DNA of 64,000 bases from Octopus sinensis (GCF_006345805.1 NC_043000.1:150350001-150414000); one strand, 5' to 3'. Positions 1 through 12,889 are shown, counted from the stretch's first letter. Notes: generated from the sequence alone by a model not told the origin. Made by a program: numbers and translations.

Positions 1-31
1 ACATAAATTTGCAAAATAATTTTATTTTTAC

Positions 32-254
32 CTGATGTGGAAGGCACAGGACTGTAGCTAGCTGGTATTGCAGAAATTGTAGACTGACCATTCTGATTAG
101 AAGGTAACAAAAGAACTGTATTTTGACCAGTTGCAGCCGACACAGATGAAGCTGCCTGAGAACTGTTTATACCAGAATTAGGGATTGAGAAGTTACCAAC
201 AGGTACAGAAGCAGGAACTGAAGGATAAGACGTCACTGAAGTTGGAGTCTGTTG
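32..254 (-). CDS. MEF2: MEF2 coding exon 4 (Ser/Pro/Thr-rich transactivation region)
   Basis: tcttctttcag|CAA...TCA G|gtaaaa; 223 nt, open in phase 0 (QQTPTSVTSYPSVPASVPVGNFSIPNSG...SPVPSTS). The gene continues beyond the left edge. Confidence 0.75.
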
Positions 255-1451
255 CTGAAAGAAGATGACAGTCAAATTAAAAATCACAAAAATTAGAAGC
301 AATGATATAATTAGTAGGTTATAGAAAACTAATAACTATAGAAAAAAGAGATAATGAGGGACAGGCCTTTCTCTCAACTGATACCAGATTAGTCCAGCTA
401 ACTTAACCCAGAAAGGACCATATCTGTTCTCTCATTAAGTAAACTGTAAAAGAAACAAAGCCTTCAACAGGATATGAACTCATGATCTAGCAGTTTGAAA
501 CTGTATTTTAACCATGTTTCCTCTACATGAATTAATCATCATCATTTAACGCCCACGTTCCATGCTAGCATGGGTTGGACAATTTGAGTGAGGACTGGCG
601 AACCAGATGGCTGCACCAGGCTCCAATCTGATCTGGCAGAGTTTCTACAGCCTGATGCCCTTCCTAACGCCAACCACTCTGAGAGTGTAGTGGGTGCTTT
701 TACGTGCCACCAGTCTGGTGGTACAGGCAACGGCCACGATCAAATGGTGTCTTTTATGTGCCACCTGCACAGCAGTCAGTCCAGTGGCACTGGCAATGAC
801 CTCACTCGAATGTTTTGTTCACGTGTCACCAGCACAAGTGCCAGTAGGGCGACGCAGGTAACGATCATGTTAAGTCAAAATATAAATCAAGTACAAACAC
901 ACAAATTAGGTACAATCAGAAATAAAAGATGATAAATGTAGGAATGCTACAGAACATTAATAGATAATGAAAAAGAGTTCATTTTCTTTTCTATCAAATT
1001 TAAATAACTTGAAAAAGAATTAATGATAAAAGTATGGCAAAAAATACTTGAAACCTGGTTAAAGGACATCTTGCAATATTAAATTACATCATCATCATCG
1101 TTTAACGTCTGTTCTCCATGCTAGCATGGGTTGGACGGTTCGACCGGGGATCTGGGAAGCCAGAAGGCTGCACCAGGCTCCAGTCTTATCTGGCAATGTT
1201 TCTACAGCTGGATGCCCTTCCTAACGCCAACCACTCCATGAGTGTAGTGGGTGCTTTTTACGTGCCACCCGCACAGGTGCCAGGCGAGGCTGGCAACGGC
1301 CACGGTCGGATTGGTGCATTTTACGTGCCACCGGCACGAAAGCCAGTCGAGGCGGCACTGGCATCGGCCACGATTCGGATGGTGGTATTAAATTTACAAT
1401 TAATTTAAAATTTACAATTAAATTAAATCAAATTTTTGAAAGGATACCAAC

Positions 1452-1580
1452 CGGTGGTTGCTGCATAACTCTAGCATACTCAGCATCAATTCGTTTATAG
1501 CTTTCCATTGTGTGAGGAGTCAGCACATATTCATCTTCTTGGTCAGGACTATCATTGCCTTTGTCTTTCTTATTTAAAAG
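1452..1580 (-). CDS. MEF2: MEF2 coding exon 3 (HJURP_C/alpha-like region)
   Basis: ctttag|CTT...CCG|gttggt; 129 nt. LLNKKDKGNDSPDQEDEYVLTPHTMESYKRIDAEYARVMQQPP resembles the SPD..E..Y.LTP.T...Y.KID.E segment of invertebrate MEF2. Phase 0 fits the next exon. Confidence 0.88.
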
Positions 1581-2826
1581 CTAAAGCAGAACCAACAAAA
1601 TTATTTTTATTACTATGGAAAAACCAGTATTTTTCTAATATTAGCTTGGAAATAATCAAATGAAATATTCAATTATATTTTTTTCCTTTCAAAGAAAACA
1701 TCAATATAACATTATTGTTGTTGTTGTTGTTACGTTTTGGCTTTGCTTTAATTTTATACAAGCTGCACCCAGGAATTTAAGTAAAATAATAACTAGCGGG
1801 ACCAGTGGAAAATTCCAAAGAACGATGAAGATTAAGAGAAGCTATTTCAGAAAGAAAGGAGGATTTGCATTTTTATTTTGCTAAGTTATTTCACTTCCTG
1901 TCATAATATCTTATATAATTTTAAAATTTCCCTCTGCTAAGCACTTTATATTTCTTTTTCTCTCTACCCCTTCAACAAACTTCTTAACTATGTAATTCCC
2001 CTCTTCATATCTGTAATATTTCTCTTTCTCTTCACCACTCACTTCCACTAACCATATGAGTTACAGCATAATGCATCAGCTGGCTTTCTGCTCTCTCACT
2101 TACTCTCACTATCTCCTCAAAAGCGTAAAGTGTGAACAAACAGATAGAGGAGTACTATAGATTAATTAAAAAAAACATCCTTTTCAGTAACAAAGCTTAT
2201 TTCATTTCCTTGCTGTTGATGTATCTCAACTCTGACAATATCTGCCGCTTTCTCTCTCTCTCAATGTAACTGCCTCCTCTGTCCATCTCTCTGTATCTCT
2301 CTTTCTTTAACTTCACCACCAGAACATCATCCTCTGCTAAATATTGTATCCTAAACATATCTCTTTCTCTCTATCTTTCCCTCCCCACCCTACAACACAT
2401 TAACACTTCTCTCTCCCTTCAACTAACGACATGATGCATTTGGCTTTATTATACATCTTTCTCTACTTCTTTTTTCTCTCTACTCACACACCTCCCTCCC
2501 CACCTTTAATCCACCTCACTAACTAAAGTATAACAAGTGAATGGATAAGAAGATTATTATGCAGATTGTTATAGTACACAAGAATTTTTTTGATCATTAA
2601 ACAGGTGAAAATAATCTATAATTTTATATATTTTCCATTGAAATACAGCTATTCGAATTTAAAAGAACACAAAAAATACAGAGACAACAAAATAATATTT
2701 GATAACATAATTACAAATGATTCAACTATTAATTATTATCCAAGACTCGTATCCCCACCACCACCATCTGCCTATGACTATAAACTTTTAATGTGTTGAA
2801 TAAGGGAGGTGGGGGAAGTTTAAGCA

Positions 2827-4228
2827 TCAGGTTGTAACAAAAGTTCTGTCCATTTTTTTGCATTTTTTGAAGAATAATTATAAGACATGATTACATCAAT
2901 CTAGCTTCTAAATGATATTAGTAGCTATTTAAATCACTAAAATATTATTTCTTCTTTCAGATGACCCAAATGTACATCCCAAGTAAAGAGCACATACAGC
3001 ATGTCTTACTGTTTGAATTCTAGAAGGGAAATACAGCATGTTCAGCAGCAAGATCACTAAAGAGACACTTATGGAACTCACGGAGTATACTACACTCACG
3101 GAGTGGTTGGTGTTAGGAAGGGCATCCAGCCGTAGAAACATTGCCAGATAAGACCGGAGCCTGGTGCAGCCTTCTGGCTTCCCAGATCCCCGGTCGAACC
3201 GTCCAACCCATGCTAGCATGGAGAACGGACGTTAAACGATGATGATGATGATGATGTGGTGAATGGAAGGACATGCAGAAAATGGTTTTCACATTTTAAA
3301 AAGGATGACTTCAATTTAAAAGGTGAAACAAGTGCCCCAATTCTGAGGAATTGCAAGCTACTGTTGATGAAAATCCAACCAGCACAACTAGGGAACTGAG
3401 CAAGGAGTTTAATGTGAGTCATATGACAATCTATCGTGAAATATTAAGGCTTGTTAAAGTCTCCAAGGTTGGAAGATGGGTTCCACAAGATCTGTCAGAA
3501 AACAATCGCAAACAATGTGTAGACTGCTGTCTCATTGCATTCTCTTGAACTTCACCTTTCTTAGACAGAATCATTACTGGAGATGAGAAGTGGATTCTTT
3601 ACAATAATGTGAAGTGCAAAAGACAGTGGCTCAGCCGTAATTCAAGGCCTATCCAACAGCCATAATGTATTCTGCATCCAAAGAAGATTCTTTTGAGTGT
3701 ATGGTAGGACACAAGGGGGAATGTTTATTATGAGCTGTTAGATGACAATCAAATAATAACAGCTGAAGTTTACGATCAGCAGCTAAGACGTTTAAAAAAA
3801 TTTTTACAGGAAAAATAGCCTTTGTTGGTAAACAGATAAGGAGTGATCCTGCAGCTTGATAATGCCAGACCCCACATTGCAAAAGTAACTAAGAATCTCC
3901 TTAAAGAATTTAACTGAGAAATTATGCTTCATCCACCATATTCTCCTGACCTTGCTCCAGCAGATTACCATCTTTTTAGAAGCTTACAGAATCATTTTGA
4001 AGGACTTCAGCTTACTTCAAGAGAACAGGTTGAAATGAAGTTTGTTTCTTTTTGCAAGTCAAAACCAAATGAATTTTATGAAAAGGGTATCAAAAACCTT
4101 AGGGAAAGATGGGAAAATGTCATTGAAAAGAATGGTGACTATGTTGATGATTGAATAAATCTATTTATGGCTGCATTTCCATTTTTATTTCATTTAGGAA
4201 AACAAACAGAACTTTCGTTACCACCTGA
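2827..4228 (+). mobile_element. Decayed mariner (DD34D) transposon, interrupted by an RTE-tail element at 3082-3257
   Basis: TIRs TCAGGTTGTAACAAAAGTTCTG / CAGAACTTTCGTTACCACCTGA followed by TA. Broken frames give KEHIQHVLLFEF, ITGDEKWILYNN, LDNARPH, HPPYSPDLAPADYHLFRSLQNHF. Confidence 0.9.
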
Positions 4229-5127
4229 TATTTCTCAAACAAAACTTATGAACATTTGCTCTAACAAAAAAAAACAATAAAAATAAAATCACCAAAACCA
4301 ACAACCAAAAATTAAAATCATATCTTTTTCTTTCAAATTTCTGAATATGCCCCATGTAAAGAATCAACTTTCCCACAATATGAAGCTAATCTGCGATACT
4401 AAATAGGTGACATATTTAGCAAAAATTGTGTACTCATTCCTCATCATCATCATCATTATCGTTTAACGTCCGCTTTCCATGCTAGCATGGGTTGAACAAT
4501 TTTGACTGAGGGCTGGCGAACCAGATGGCTACACCAGGCTCCAATCTTGATCTGGCAGAGTTTCTACAGCTGGATGCCCTTCCTAACGCCAACCACTCCG
4601 TGAGTGTAGTGGGTGCTTTTTACGTGCCACCGGCACGGGGGCCAGTCAGGCGTTACTGGCAATGACCTCACTCGAATCTTTTTACACATGCCACCGGCAC
4701 AGGTGCCAGTAAGGCGACGTTGGTAACGACCATGCTCAAATGGTACCCTTTTACATGCCACCGACACGAAAGCCAGTGGGCTGCTCTGGCAACGATCACG
4801 CTTGGATGGTGCTCTTGGCACCCTACTAGCACAGGCACAAGTGCCAGTAAGGCGACGCTGGTAACGATCACACTCGAATAGTGCCTTTTATGTGCCAATT
4901 TGTGAAATAACATATAAACTGAAATTCAGCTTTTTGAATTCAATTTTCACGATCCCCAAATGGGGTCGCGACCCATAGTTTAAGAAGCGCTGCTCTATCT
5001 CATTGTTGATTCTCTCATGATTTCATATAAAGAAAATATGTAATTACTCAATACAAATGATAACTATTTAAGTCTAATTAATACAATTTATGATCAAATG
5101 GAAGGAGATAAAAGAATTGAACATTAC

Positions 5128-5331
5128 CTCTACTATGTCTCGGTTGGTTTGGCTGACTACTGTGTCATTGTACTCAGTATACTTCAGCAGTACTTTGTCC
5201 ATATCAGAGCTAGCATACTGGTACAATTTGTTTCCACTTGTGAAGATTATCAGTGCAATTTCACAGTCACACAGCACAGACAGTTCATAAGCTTTTTTCA
5301 TAAGTCCAAATTTACGCTTTGTGAATGTTAC
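5128..5331 (-). CDS. MEF2: MEF2 coding exon 2 (rest of MADS box plus MEF2 domain, codons 19-86)
   Basis: tttcag|GTA...GAG|gtaatg; 204 nt. Translates [68 protein letters not shown]. Confidence 0.97.
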
Positions 5332-6830
5332 CTGAAAAATATTTAATATTAAATGAAGGTGGCAAGACAGAAGAATCATTAGAACACTGAAAAAATTGCT
5401 TTTCCAACTCCTTATTTCCCTGAGTTCAAATCCTGGAAAGATGAACTTTGCCTTTCATCATTCTGGAGTTGATAACATAAAGCACCAATCAATGGTATTG
5501 ACTACCCCTTCACCCAAAAACAGCCGGATTTGAGCCCAAACAGGAAACCCTTATTTTTAAATGCTTAGATTTGTAGACACAGTGTAATTATCAACTAATG
5601 GAAAATGAAAATGTATTTTTTTCAAATGAAAGCTATCATGATATGAGTGTTGGTAACAGGAAAGGCATCTGGCCATAGAAAATCTACCTAAATAAACTCC
5701 ATTCAACCCATGAAAGCATGAGAAAGTGGATGTTAAAAATGATGAAGATTAACATTTTGCAGCCACTGAATATCTGGCTTCTCTTATACAACACTATTGC
5801 TTAAGTGACAGTTGAAATACTCCACTTATCATCTGTTGTCTGGGAGATTCTTTGGAACAGTTTGTTTCAATACAACAGCAGCAGAATGAGGAGTTGTGTG
5901 TGTATACTCTTTACTCTTTTACTTGTTTCAGTCATTTGACTGCGGCCATGCTGGAGCACCGCCTTTAATCAAGCAACTCGACCCCGGGACTTATTCTTTT
6001 TGTAAGCCCAGTACTTATTCTATCGGTCTCTTTTGCCGAACCGCTAAGTAACGGAGACATAAACACACCAGCATCGGTTGTCAAGCAATGCTAGGGGGAC
6101 AAACACAGACACACAAACAAACACACATACATACATATACACGACAGGCTTCTTTCAGTTTCCGTCTACCAAATCCACTCACAAGGCATTGGTCGGCCCG
6201 GGGCTATAGCAGAAGACACTTGCCCAAGATGCCACACAGTGGGACTGAACCCGGAACCATGTGGTTGGTTAGCAAGCTACTTACCACACAGCCACTCCTG
6301 CGCCTATATGTATACACACACAAACTATTGCTTACCTGTTGCTTTGTTTTAGATAATAGTGTTTCATTTCCTTTACCTTTTTAATTATATTTGATTACTG
6401 ACAAGGCTCATATTTTTACTCTCTTGCAGTGTGGTTCCAACATATTATTATTAAAATAGTGAAGTTGGCAGGTTTTGTAAAACCCAAACCAGTGACTCAC
6501 TATTTATTAGTTCAAATCTCAAAGAGAACCAAAAGTATAAACCAATAATAAACATCCCTAACAAGAACTGGCTTAGTGTTTATTTAAAAGATAAAATAGT
6601 TTTACAGTGTTTATTTTTACCATATGTTTTAATTTTTTCATATTACATTTACATACATTTACATAGGCGCAGGAGGGGCTGTGTGGTAAGTAGCTTGCTA
6701 ACCAACCACATGGTTCCGGGTTCAGTTCCACTGCGTGGCATCTTGGGCAAGTGTCTTCTGCTATAGCCCCGGGCCGACCAATGCCTTGTGAGTGGATTTG
6801 GTAGACGGAAACTGAAAGAAGTCTGTCGTA

Positions 6831-6875
<45 letters not shown>

Positions 6876-9250
6876 TTGTGTGTCTGTGTTTGTCCCCCTA
6901 GCATTACTTGACAACCAATGCTGGTGTGTTTATGTCACCGTCACTTAGCAGTTCAGCAAAAGAGACCGATAGAATAAGTACTGGGGCTTACAAAGAATAA
7001 GTCCCGGGGTCAATTTGCTCGACTAAAGGCGGTGCTCCAGCATGGCCGCAGTAAAATGACTGAAACAAGTAAAAGAGTAACTTACACTATGAAAGTTGAG
7101 AGTAAACATAAAGAAATTATAAAGAAATGTCAATAATTTAGAATTATTTGTATAACAATTAGTAATAATACAAACAGCAAATCATGTATAACAGGCATTA
7201 AATAAAATGATAATGATGATGATGATGATTAGGAATAGAAAGATTGTTTAGCTATTTGACTGAGTTATTGCTTGTTTGCAGGAGGATGTTGTTAATGCTA
7301 TACAAACAAGGTAAAGATTTACAATCTTAAGTGGTATTAATTGACAGGAGGCATAGCTCAGAGATCAGGGAATTTCTCCAGGTCAAGCCACTATTTCTCC
7401 ACATTGAGATCACACAGCACTAGTACTACAGACATGTGGTCAGAATGTCACAAGACTAGCCAAGATGGATCCAAGCTGAAGCCAACAAGCAGGAGACAGA
7501 AGAAGACCAAGGATGAGATGGAGTGGCCGTGTGGTGAGTAGCTTGTTTACCAACCACATGGTTCCGGGTTCAGTCCCACTGCGTGGCACCTTGGGCAAGT
7601 GTCTTCTACTATAGCCTCGGGCCGACCAAAGCCTTGTGAGTGGATTTGGTAGACGGAAACTGAAAGAAGCCCGTCGTATATATGTATATATATATGTGTG
7701 TGTGTGTGTGTTTGCCCTCCCAACATCGCTTGACAACCGATGCTGGTGTGTTTACGTCCCCGTCACTTAGCGGTTCGGCAAAAAAGAGACCGATAGAATA
7801 AGCACTGGGCTTACAAAAGAATAAGACCCGGGGTCGAGTTGCTCGATTAAAGGCAGTGCTCCAGCATGGCCACAGTCAAATGACTGAAACAAGTAAAAGA
7901 GTAAAGAGTGTATAGTCTCAGTTGGATATGCTCGGGAACCTAGCATGAAAGTTTAATAATGGTTGCTTTTGATAGGATCCTATGGCTGAGGTACCTGAGG
8001 TCCTACCCTGATGATCCTCCCAAGAATAATAGGCAGAAGATAGATAAATAGAAATATATTATAATCATGAATTTCAATGAAAACTTACTGACATTTTCAA
8101 TATTAATTGATTTTAACATGCCACTGGATTAAACAACTTCTTTAGATATAATGAGGGTTTGTTTTAGTAATATAGTTAATCTAGTTATACATTAGTTTCT
8201 AGGTAACTATCTCTACCATCATCATCATCATCGTTTAACGTCCGTTTTCCATGCTAGCATGGGTTGGACGGCTCGACCGGGGTCTGGGAAGCCAGAAGGC
8301 TGCACCAGGATCCGGACTTATCTGGCAATGTTTCTACAGCTGGATGCCCTTCCTAATGCCAACCACTCCGTGAGTGTAGTGGGTGCTTTTTACGTGCCAC
8401 CTGCACTGGAGCCAGGCGAGGCTGGCATCGGCCACGGTCGGATTGGTGCATTTTACGTGCCACCTGCACGGAAGCCAGTCAAGGCGGCACTGGCATCGGC
8501 CACAATTCGGATAGTGCTTTTTATGTATCTCCAGTCCAGGGGTCCTGGCATCTGCCGGGTGCCAGTCATAGGATTGGTTCAATTTCGATTCCGATTTCAC
8601 TTGCCCCAACATGTCTTTGCAACCAATTCTATTTTATTCATTAACCATCTGTTTTGTACATTAATATTAATGTCAATGATGCCAACACATTAATACTTTA
8701 CAATTTTAAGTATTTTTTAAGGAACTTATTTACTAAAGCTATATTTCTCTTTCTCTCTCTCTCTCTCCTCCATAGCTAACGTATTGTATCTCCAATCCAG
8801 ACTAAAATTTTTAGAGCAAAACACTAAAACAATCACACTATAGCTAAAAACCAAAAGTTACAATTGTGAGACACAGTTTTATGATACAGCAATGTTATTC
8901 TGACATAGCTAGAGGTAAAAACTTTCTACAGCATCGATATCAGACATTTTAACAAAAAGTTCCAAGAGTGTTGCTGATTTAAGATAAAGTAGACTTGATC
9001 TATCAAAGATACAAGTCAACTTGAAATATAAAACTATCATAGATGTTAATCATGGATCAAATACATGGATTTAATTTACTCATTTCAGCTTCCTCCATGC
9101 TTTACGAAGTACTATAATCAAACAATATTCCATTTTGTTTGATAAAACAGATTGTCCCTAAACTACTTAATCTTTTCCAACTCCCTTCCTGCTCAAAAAT
9201 TCTTGAATATAAGAAACTTAACATGAAAATAAGAGGATACCAGATATTAA

Positions 9251-9471
9251 CCCTTTAGCATTTAAACCGGCCATATCCAGCCAAAAGTATTCTGCCTGTT
9301 TTATGTTCAAACTGGCCAGATCTGGTCTCTCACACCAGCCCTACAATATCGTTTTAAAAATTAACAGCTACCTCATCAAAATTTCATAGCTCCAAGATAA
9401 TCCCTGATTAGTTCAAGGTAATATTGATAAAAAAGGATTAATTTTGGCAGAATAATGCGAACACTAAAGGG
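9251..9471. mobile_element. piggyBac-type MITE family B; relatives at 16103-16210, 48375-48929 (interrupted) and 53037-53230
   Basis: TTAA|CCCTTTAGCATTTAAACCGGCC...CACTAAAGGG|TTAA. Confidence 0.85.
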
Positions 9472-9665
9472 TTAAACAATTAAAAACAATAAAAAGCCAA
9501 AAACAGAATTTTTTTTCGTTTTGCTAAAGTAAAAATAACCAACTGTAATGAATTTAATGAACATGATGTAAACACTGTTTTCAATATAAATGTAGGAATT
9601 TTAATTAACATTTTCATTTTCAAGCAAAAAAAATTAGAATTTAAATATCTGAATATGTCACTTAC

Positions 9666-9719
9666 TTGTCTGTTCCGTTCATCATTTATGCGAGTTATCT
9701 GAATCTTTTTCCTACCCAT
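9666..9719 (-). CDS. MEF2: MEF2 coding exon 1 (MADS box N-terminus, MGRKKIQITRINDERNRQ)
   Basis: ATG at 9719-9717. Acceptor cttacag before 9733; donor GTAAGT after 9666. 54 nt, with the phase-0 intron after codon 18 typical of MEF2 genes. Confidence 0.97.
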
Positions 9720-10159
9720 TATGCAAATATGATCTGTAAGAGAGAAGTAGACAATTGATAAAACATGTGTTTCTTTAATATATTCTTTCTACTGGAGGCA
9801 CAGGGCCTGAAATTTGTGGGGAGGGAACATGTCATGAAAAAATGAAAAGGCAAAGTGAAGCTCAGCAACGTTTGAACTCAGAATGTAAAGAACCAGAAGA
9901 AATGGCTTTTGAGCGTTTTCTCCAGCTTGCTGCCTTTATTATTATTTTTTTGATATATCATTTTTTTGTAAGGTTATGTATGAAGCCAAACTAAGAAGTA
10001 TTAGAAATAACAAATCATGTCGATTTGACTTGTTAAAGAACAGAAACTTTAACTTGGCTATTCCAATAATGCTTTGTAAAGTAAAGGAATTTATTAATGA
10101 GAAATATGTAAAACATAAGCACATTTACCACTGCCTATGTGTGTGTGTGTGTGTGTGCA

Positions 10160-10193
<34 letters not shown>

Positions 10194-10575
10194 TATCATC
10201 ATCATTTAACGTTTTCCATGCTAGCATGGGTTGGACGGTTCAACTGGGGTCTGGGGAGCCCGAAGGCTGCACCAGGCCAGTCAGATCTGGCAGTGTTTCT
10301 ACAGCTGGATGCCCTTCCTAACGCCAACCACTCCGAGAGTGTAGTGGGTGATTTTATGTGCCACCGACACAGGTGCCAGACGAGGCTGACGAACGGCCAC
10401 GATCGGATGGTGTTTCTTACGTGCCCACAGCACGGAGGCCAGTCGATGCGGTACTGGCTACGCCCACGTTCGGATGGTTTTCTTGTGTGCCACCGGCACT
10501 GGTACCACAAAGATACAAATTCCATTGATGTTCATCTATTTTGATTTGATTTGATTTGATTTGATTTTCACTTGC

Positions 10576-10618
<43 letters not shown>

Positions 10619-10620
<2 letters not shown>

Positions 10621-10897
10621 AGGCGCAATGGCCCAGTGATTAGGGCAGTGGACTCGCGGTCGTAGGATCGCGGTTTCAATTCCCAGACCGGGCGTTTGTG
10701 AGTGTTTATTGAGCGAAAACACCTAAAAGCTCCACAAGGCTCCACGAGGGTGGTGATCCCTGCTGTACTCTTTCACCATTCTTCCTTCTGTTGGCCTGCT
10801 TGCTTAGCCAGCGGCGTGGCGTCATTCGAAGGCTAAAACAATGCGAACGCATTGTGACCAGCGATGTGTAACAATACCTGACGGTCTGGTCGGTCAC
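10619..10897 (+). mobile_element. tRNA-derived SINE family 3; second copy at 47958-48345 has a different 3' part
   Basis: Head GAGGCGCAATGGCCCAGTG(G)TTAGGGCAG...GGTTTC(G/A)ATTCCC with A/B boxes. Confidence 0.8.
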
Positions 10898-10898
10898 A

Positions 10899-10945
<47 letters not shown>

Positions 10946-10961
10946 AGATTGATATAGATAT

Positions 10962-11381
10962 GAGGACAGCTGTGTAAATAAGTATCACACCCTAACAGTG
11001 GAGGGAACCTGTGGAAGAGGTAGACCCAGGAAGACATGGGATGAGGTGGTGAAGCACAACTGCCAAATGTTGGGTCTCACAGAGGCAATGACAAGCAACC
11101 AAGATTTCTGGAGATATGCTGTGCTTAAGAAGACACGGCAAACCATGTGATATTGTAGTCATGGCTGATGCCAGTGTCGCCTGACTGGGTCCTATGCTAG
11201 TGAAATGTAAAAGCACCCACTACACTCTCAGAGTGGTAGGTGTTAGGAAGGGCATCCAGTTGTAGAAACCTTGCCAAATCAGATTGGAGCCTGATCTAGC
11301 TTCCCAGCTTGGTAGTTATCAGTCAAACTGTCCAACTGATGCCAGCATGGAAAGCAGAGATTAAACAACAATGATGATGAT
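10962..11381 (+). mobile_element. RTE-clade LINE 3' end: ORF2 C-terminus plus 3' UTR with (GAT)n tail
   Basis: EGTCGRGRPRKTWDEVVK...QDFWRYAVLKKTRQTM* (stop 11148-11150), then the TTAGGAAGGGCATCCAG...GCATGGAAAGC...GATGATGAT tail. Confidence 0.85.
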
Positions 11382-11643
11382 ATCATCATCATCATTTAGC
11401 GTCCGCTTTCCATGCTAGCATGGGTTGGACAGTTCAACTGGGGTCTGTGAAGCCAGAAGGCTGCATCAGGCCCAGTCTGATCTGGCAGTGTTTCTACGGC
11501 TGGATGCCCTTCCTAATGCCAACCACTCCATGAGTGTAGTGGGTGCTTTTTACGTGCCACCGGCACAGGTGCCAGACGGAGCTGGCAAATGGCCACGGAC
11601 AGATGGTGCTTTGTACGTGCCAATATATATATATATATATATA

Positions 11644-12809
11644 TAGGGTCATCCCATAAGTAATGTAGTTTATTCAATTGCATGAACTAAAAGTCGGAGG
11701 GGGACATGAGAAACTACTTGCATCAACTTGCTATAAAAGCAGGTAGTAATTTTACCTTGTACTTATTCTTAGTGCAATTCGATATTAACAGTTTTTCAGA
11801 GCTATAATGGAAGCGACAAAGGAGCACATTCGGCATATTTTGCTTTATGAGTTCAATTAAGGCAACAACGCAACAGAAAGTGCGAGGAATATTAATACAG
11901 TATATGTTGGGATCAAACAATAAACATAAGCCAATGTCAATGGTGGTTCCAGAAATTCTGAGCCAAAAACTACAGCCCAGATGAGCCACACCCTGGAAGA
12001 TCTATAGAGCACAATGAGGAACTATCAGAGAAACTTGGATTTGGTCATTCAACCAGTCAAGTTGGCGTTAAAAGAAAAACGACCATCTTTGGTTTCAAGA
12101 TGAAAGATGTTCTTCCATCAGGACAATGCTCAGCCACATACAGCGAGGGTGACATTCCAAAGGCTGGAGCAGTTCAAATAGGAAATAATGCCCCACCCAC
12201 CATAGTCGCCAGACATTTCTCCATCTGATTAACATTTATTCTGCAGTCTTAAAAATCATTTCATCATCATTTAACGTCCGCCTTCCATGCTAGCATGGGT
12301 TGGACGGTTCAACTGGGGTCTGGGAAGCCAGGAGGCTGCACCAGACCCAGTCTGATCTGGCAGTGTTTCTATGGCTGGATGCCCTTCCTAACGCCAACCA
12401 CTCCGTAAGTGTAGTGGGTGCTTTTTACGTGCCAGACGAGGCTGGCAAACGGCCACGATCGGATGGTGCTTTTTACGTGCCACCGGCACAGGGACCTGAC
12501 GAAGCTGGCAACGGCCATGGTCGGATGGTGCTTTTTATGTGCCACCGGCGCGGAAGCCAGTCAGGGCGGCGCTGGGGTGGTAAAAATATGAATTCTGTAC
12601 ATGAGGTCAAATCAGTAGCGGAGGAGTATTTTTCATTAGAGACAAGTGAATTTTGGAAGAGGGTCCTTGCAAGTCTACCAGATAGATGGAAGAGCATTGT
12701 AGAAAATGAAGGAGAGCATATTTTAGATTAAAAAAAGAACTTTGTTTATCTTAATTTTGAAAAATAAAAGAAATGTAAAAAAAACTGCATTATTTATAGG
12801 ATGACCCAA
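11644..12809 (+). mobile_element. Internally deleted mariner with nested RTE-tail insertion (12264-12575)
   Basis: TIRs GGGTCATCCCATAA.TAATG at both ends with TA flanks. KEHIRHILLYEFN and MPPPP*SPDISPSD remnants. Confidence 0.85.
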
Positions 12810-12889
12810 TATATACTTTCATTTCATATAATTTTACACTGACAATAGTAATAACCTCAACTACCACACAAAGCTGAGCAATTTTTCAG

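Noticed and set aside
1448-1451. Alternative MEF2 exon 3 donor TTG|GTATCC at 1448
   Set aside because: It gives phase 1, which puts exon 4 into a frame that hits TAA after 20 codons; the phase-0 donor at 1452 is preferred.
6664-6740. SINE heads (also 10619, 15897, 47958) as tRNA genes
   Set aside because: A/B boxes are present but no complete cloverleaf, and each continues into a multi-copy SINE body.
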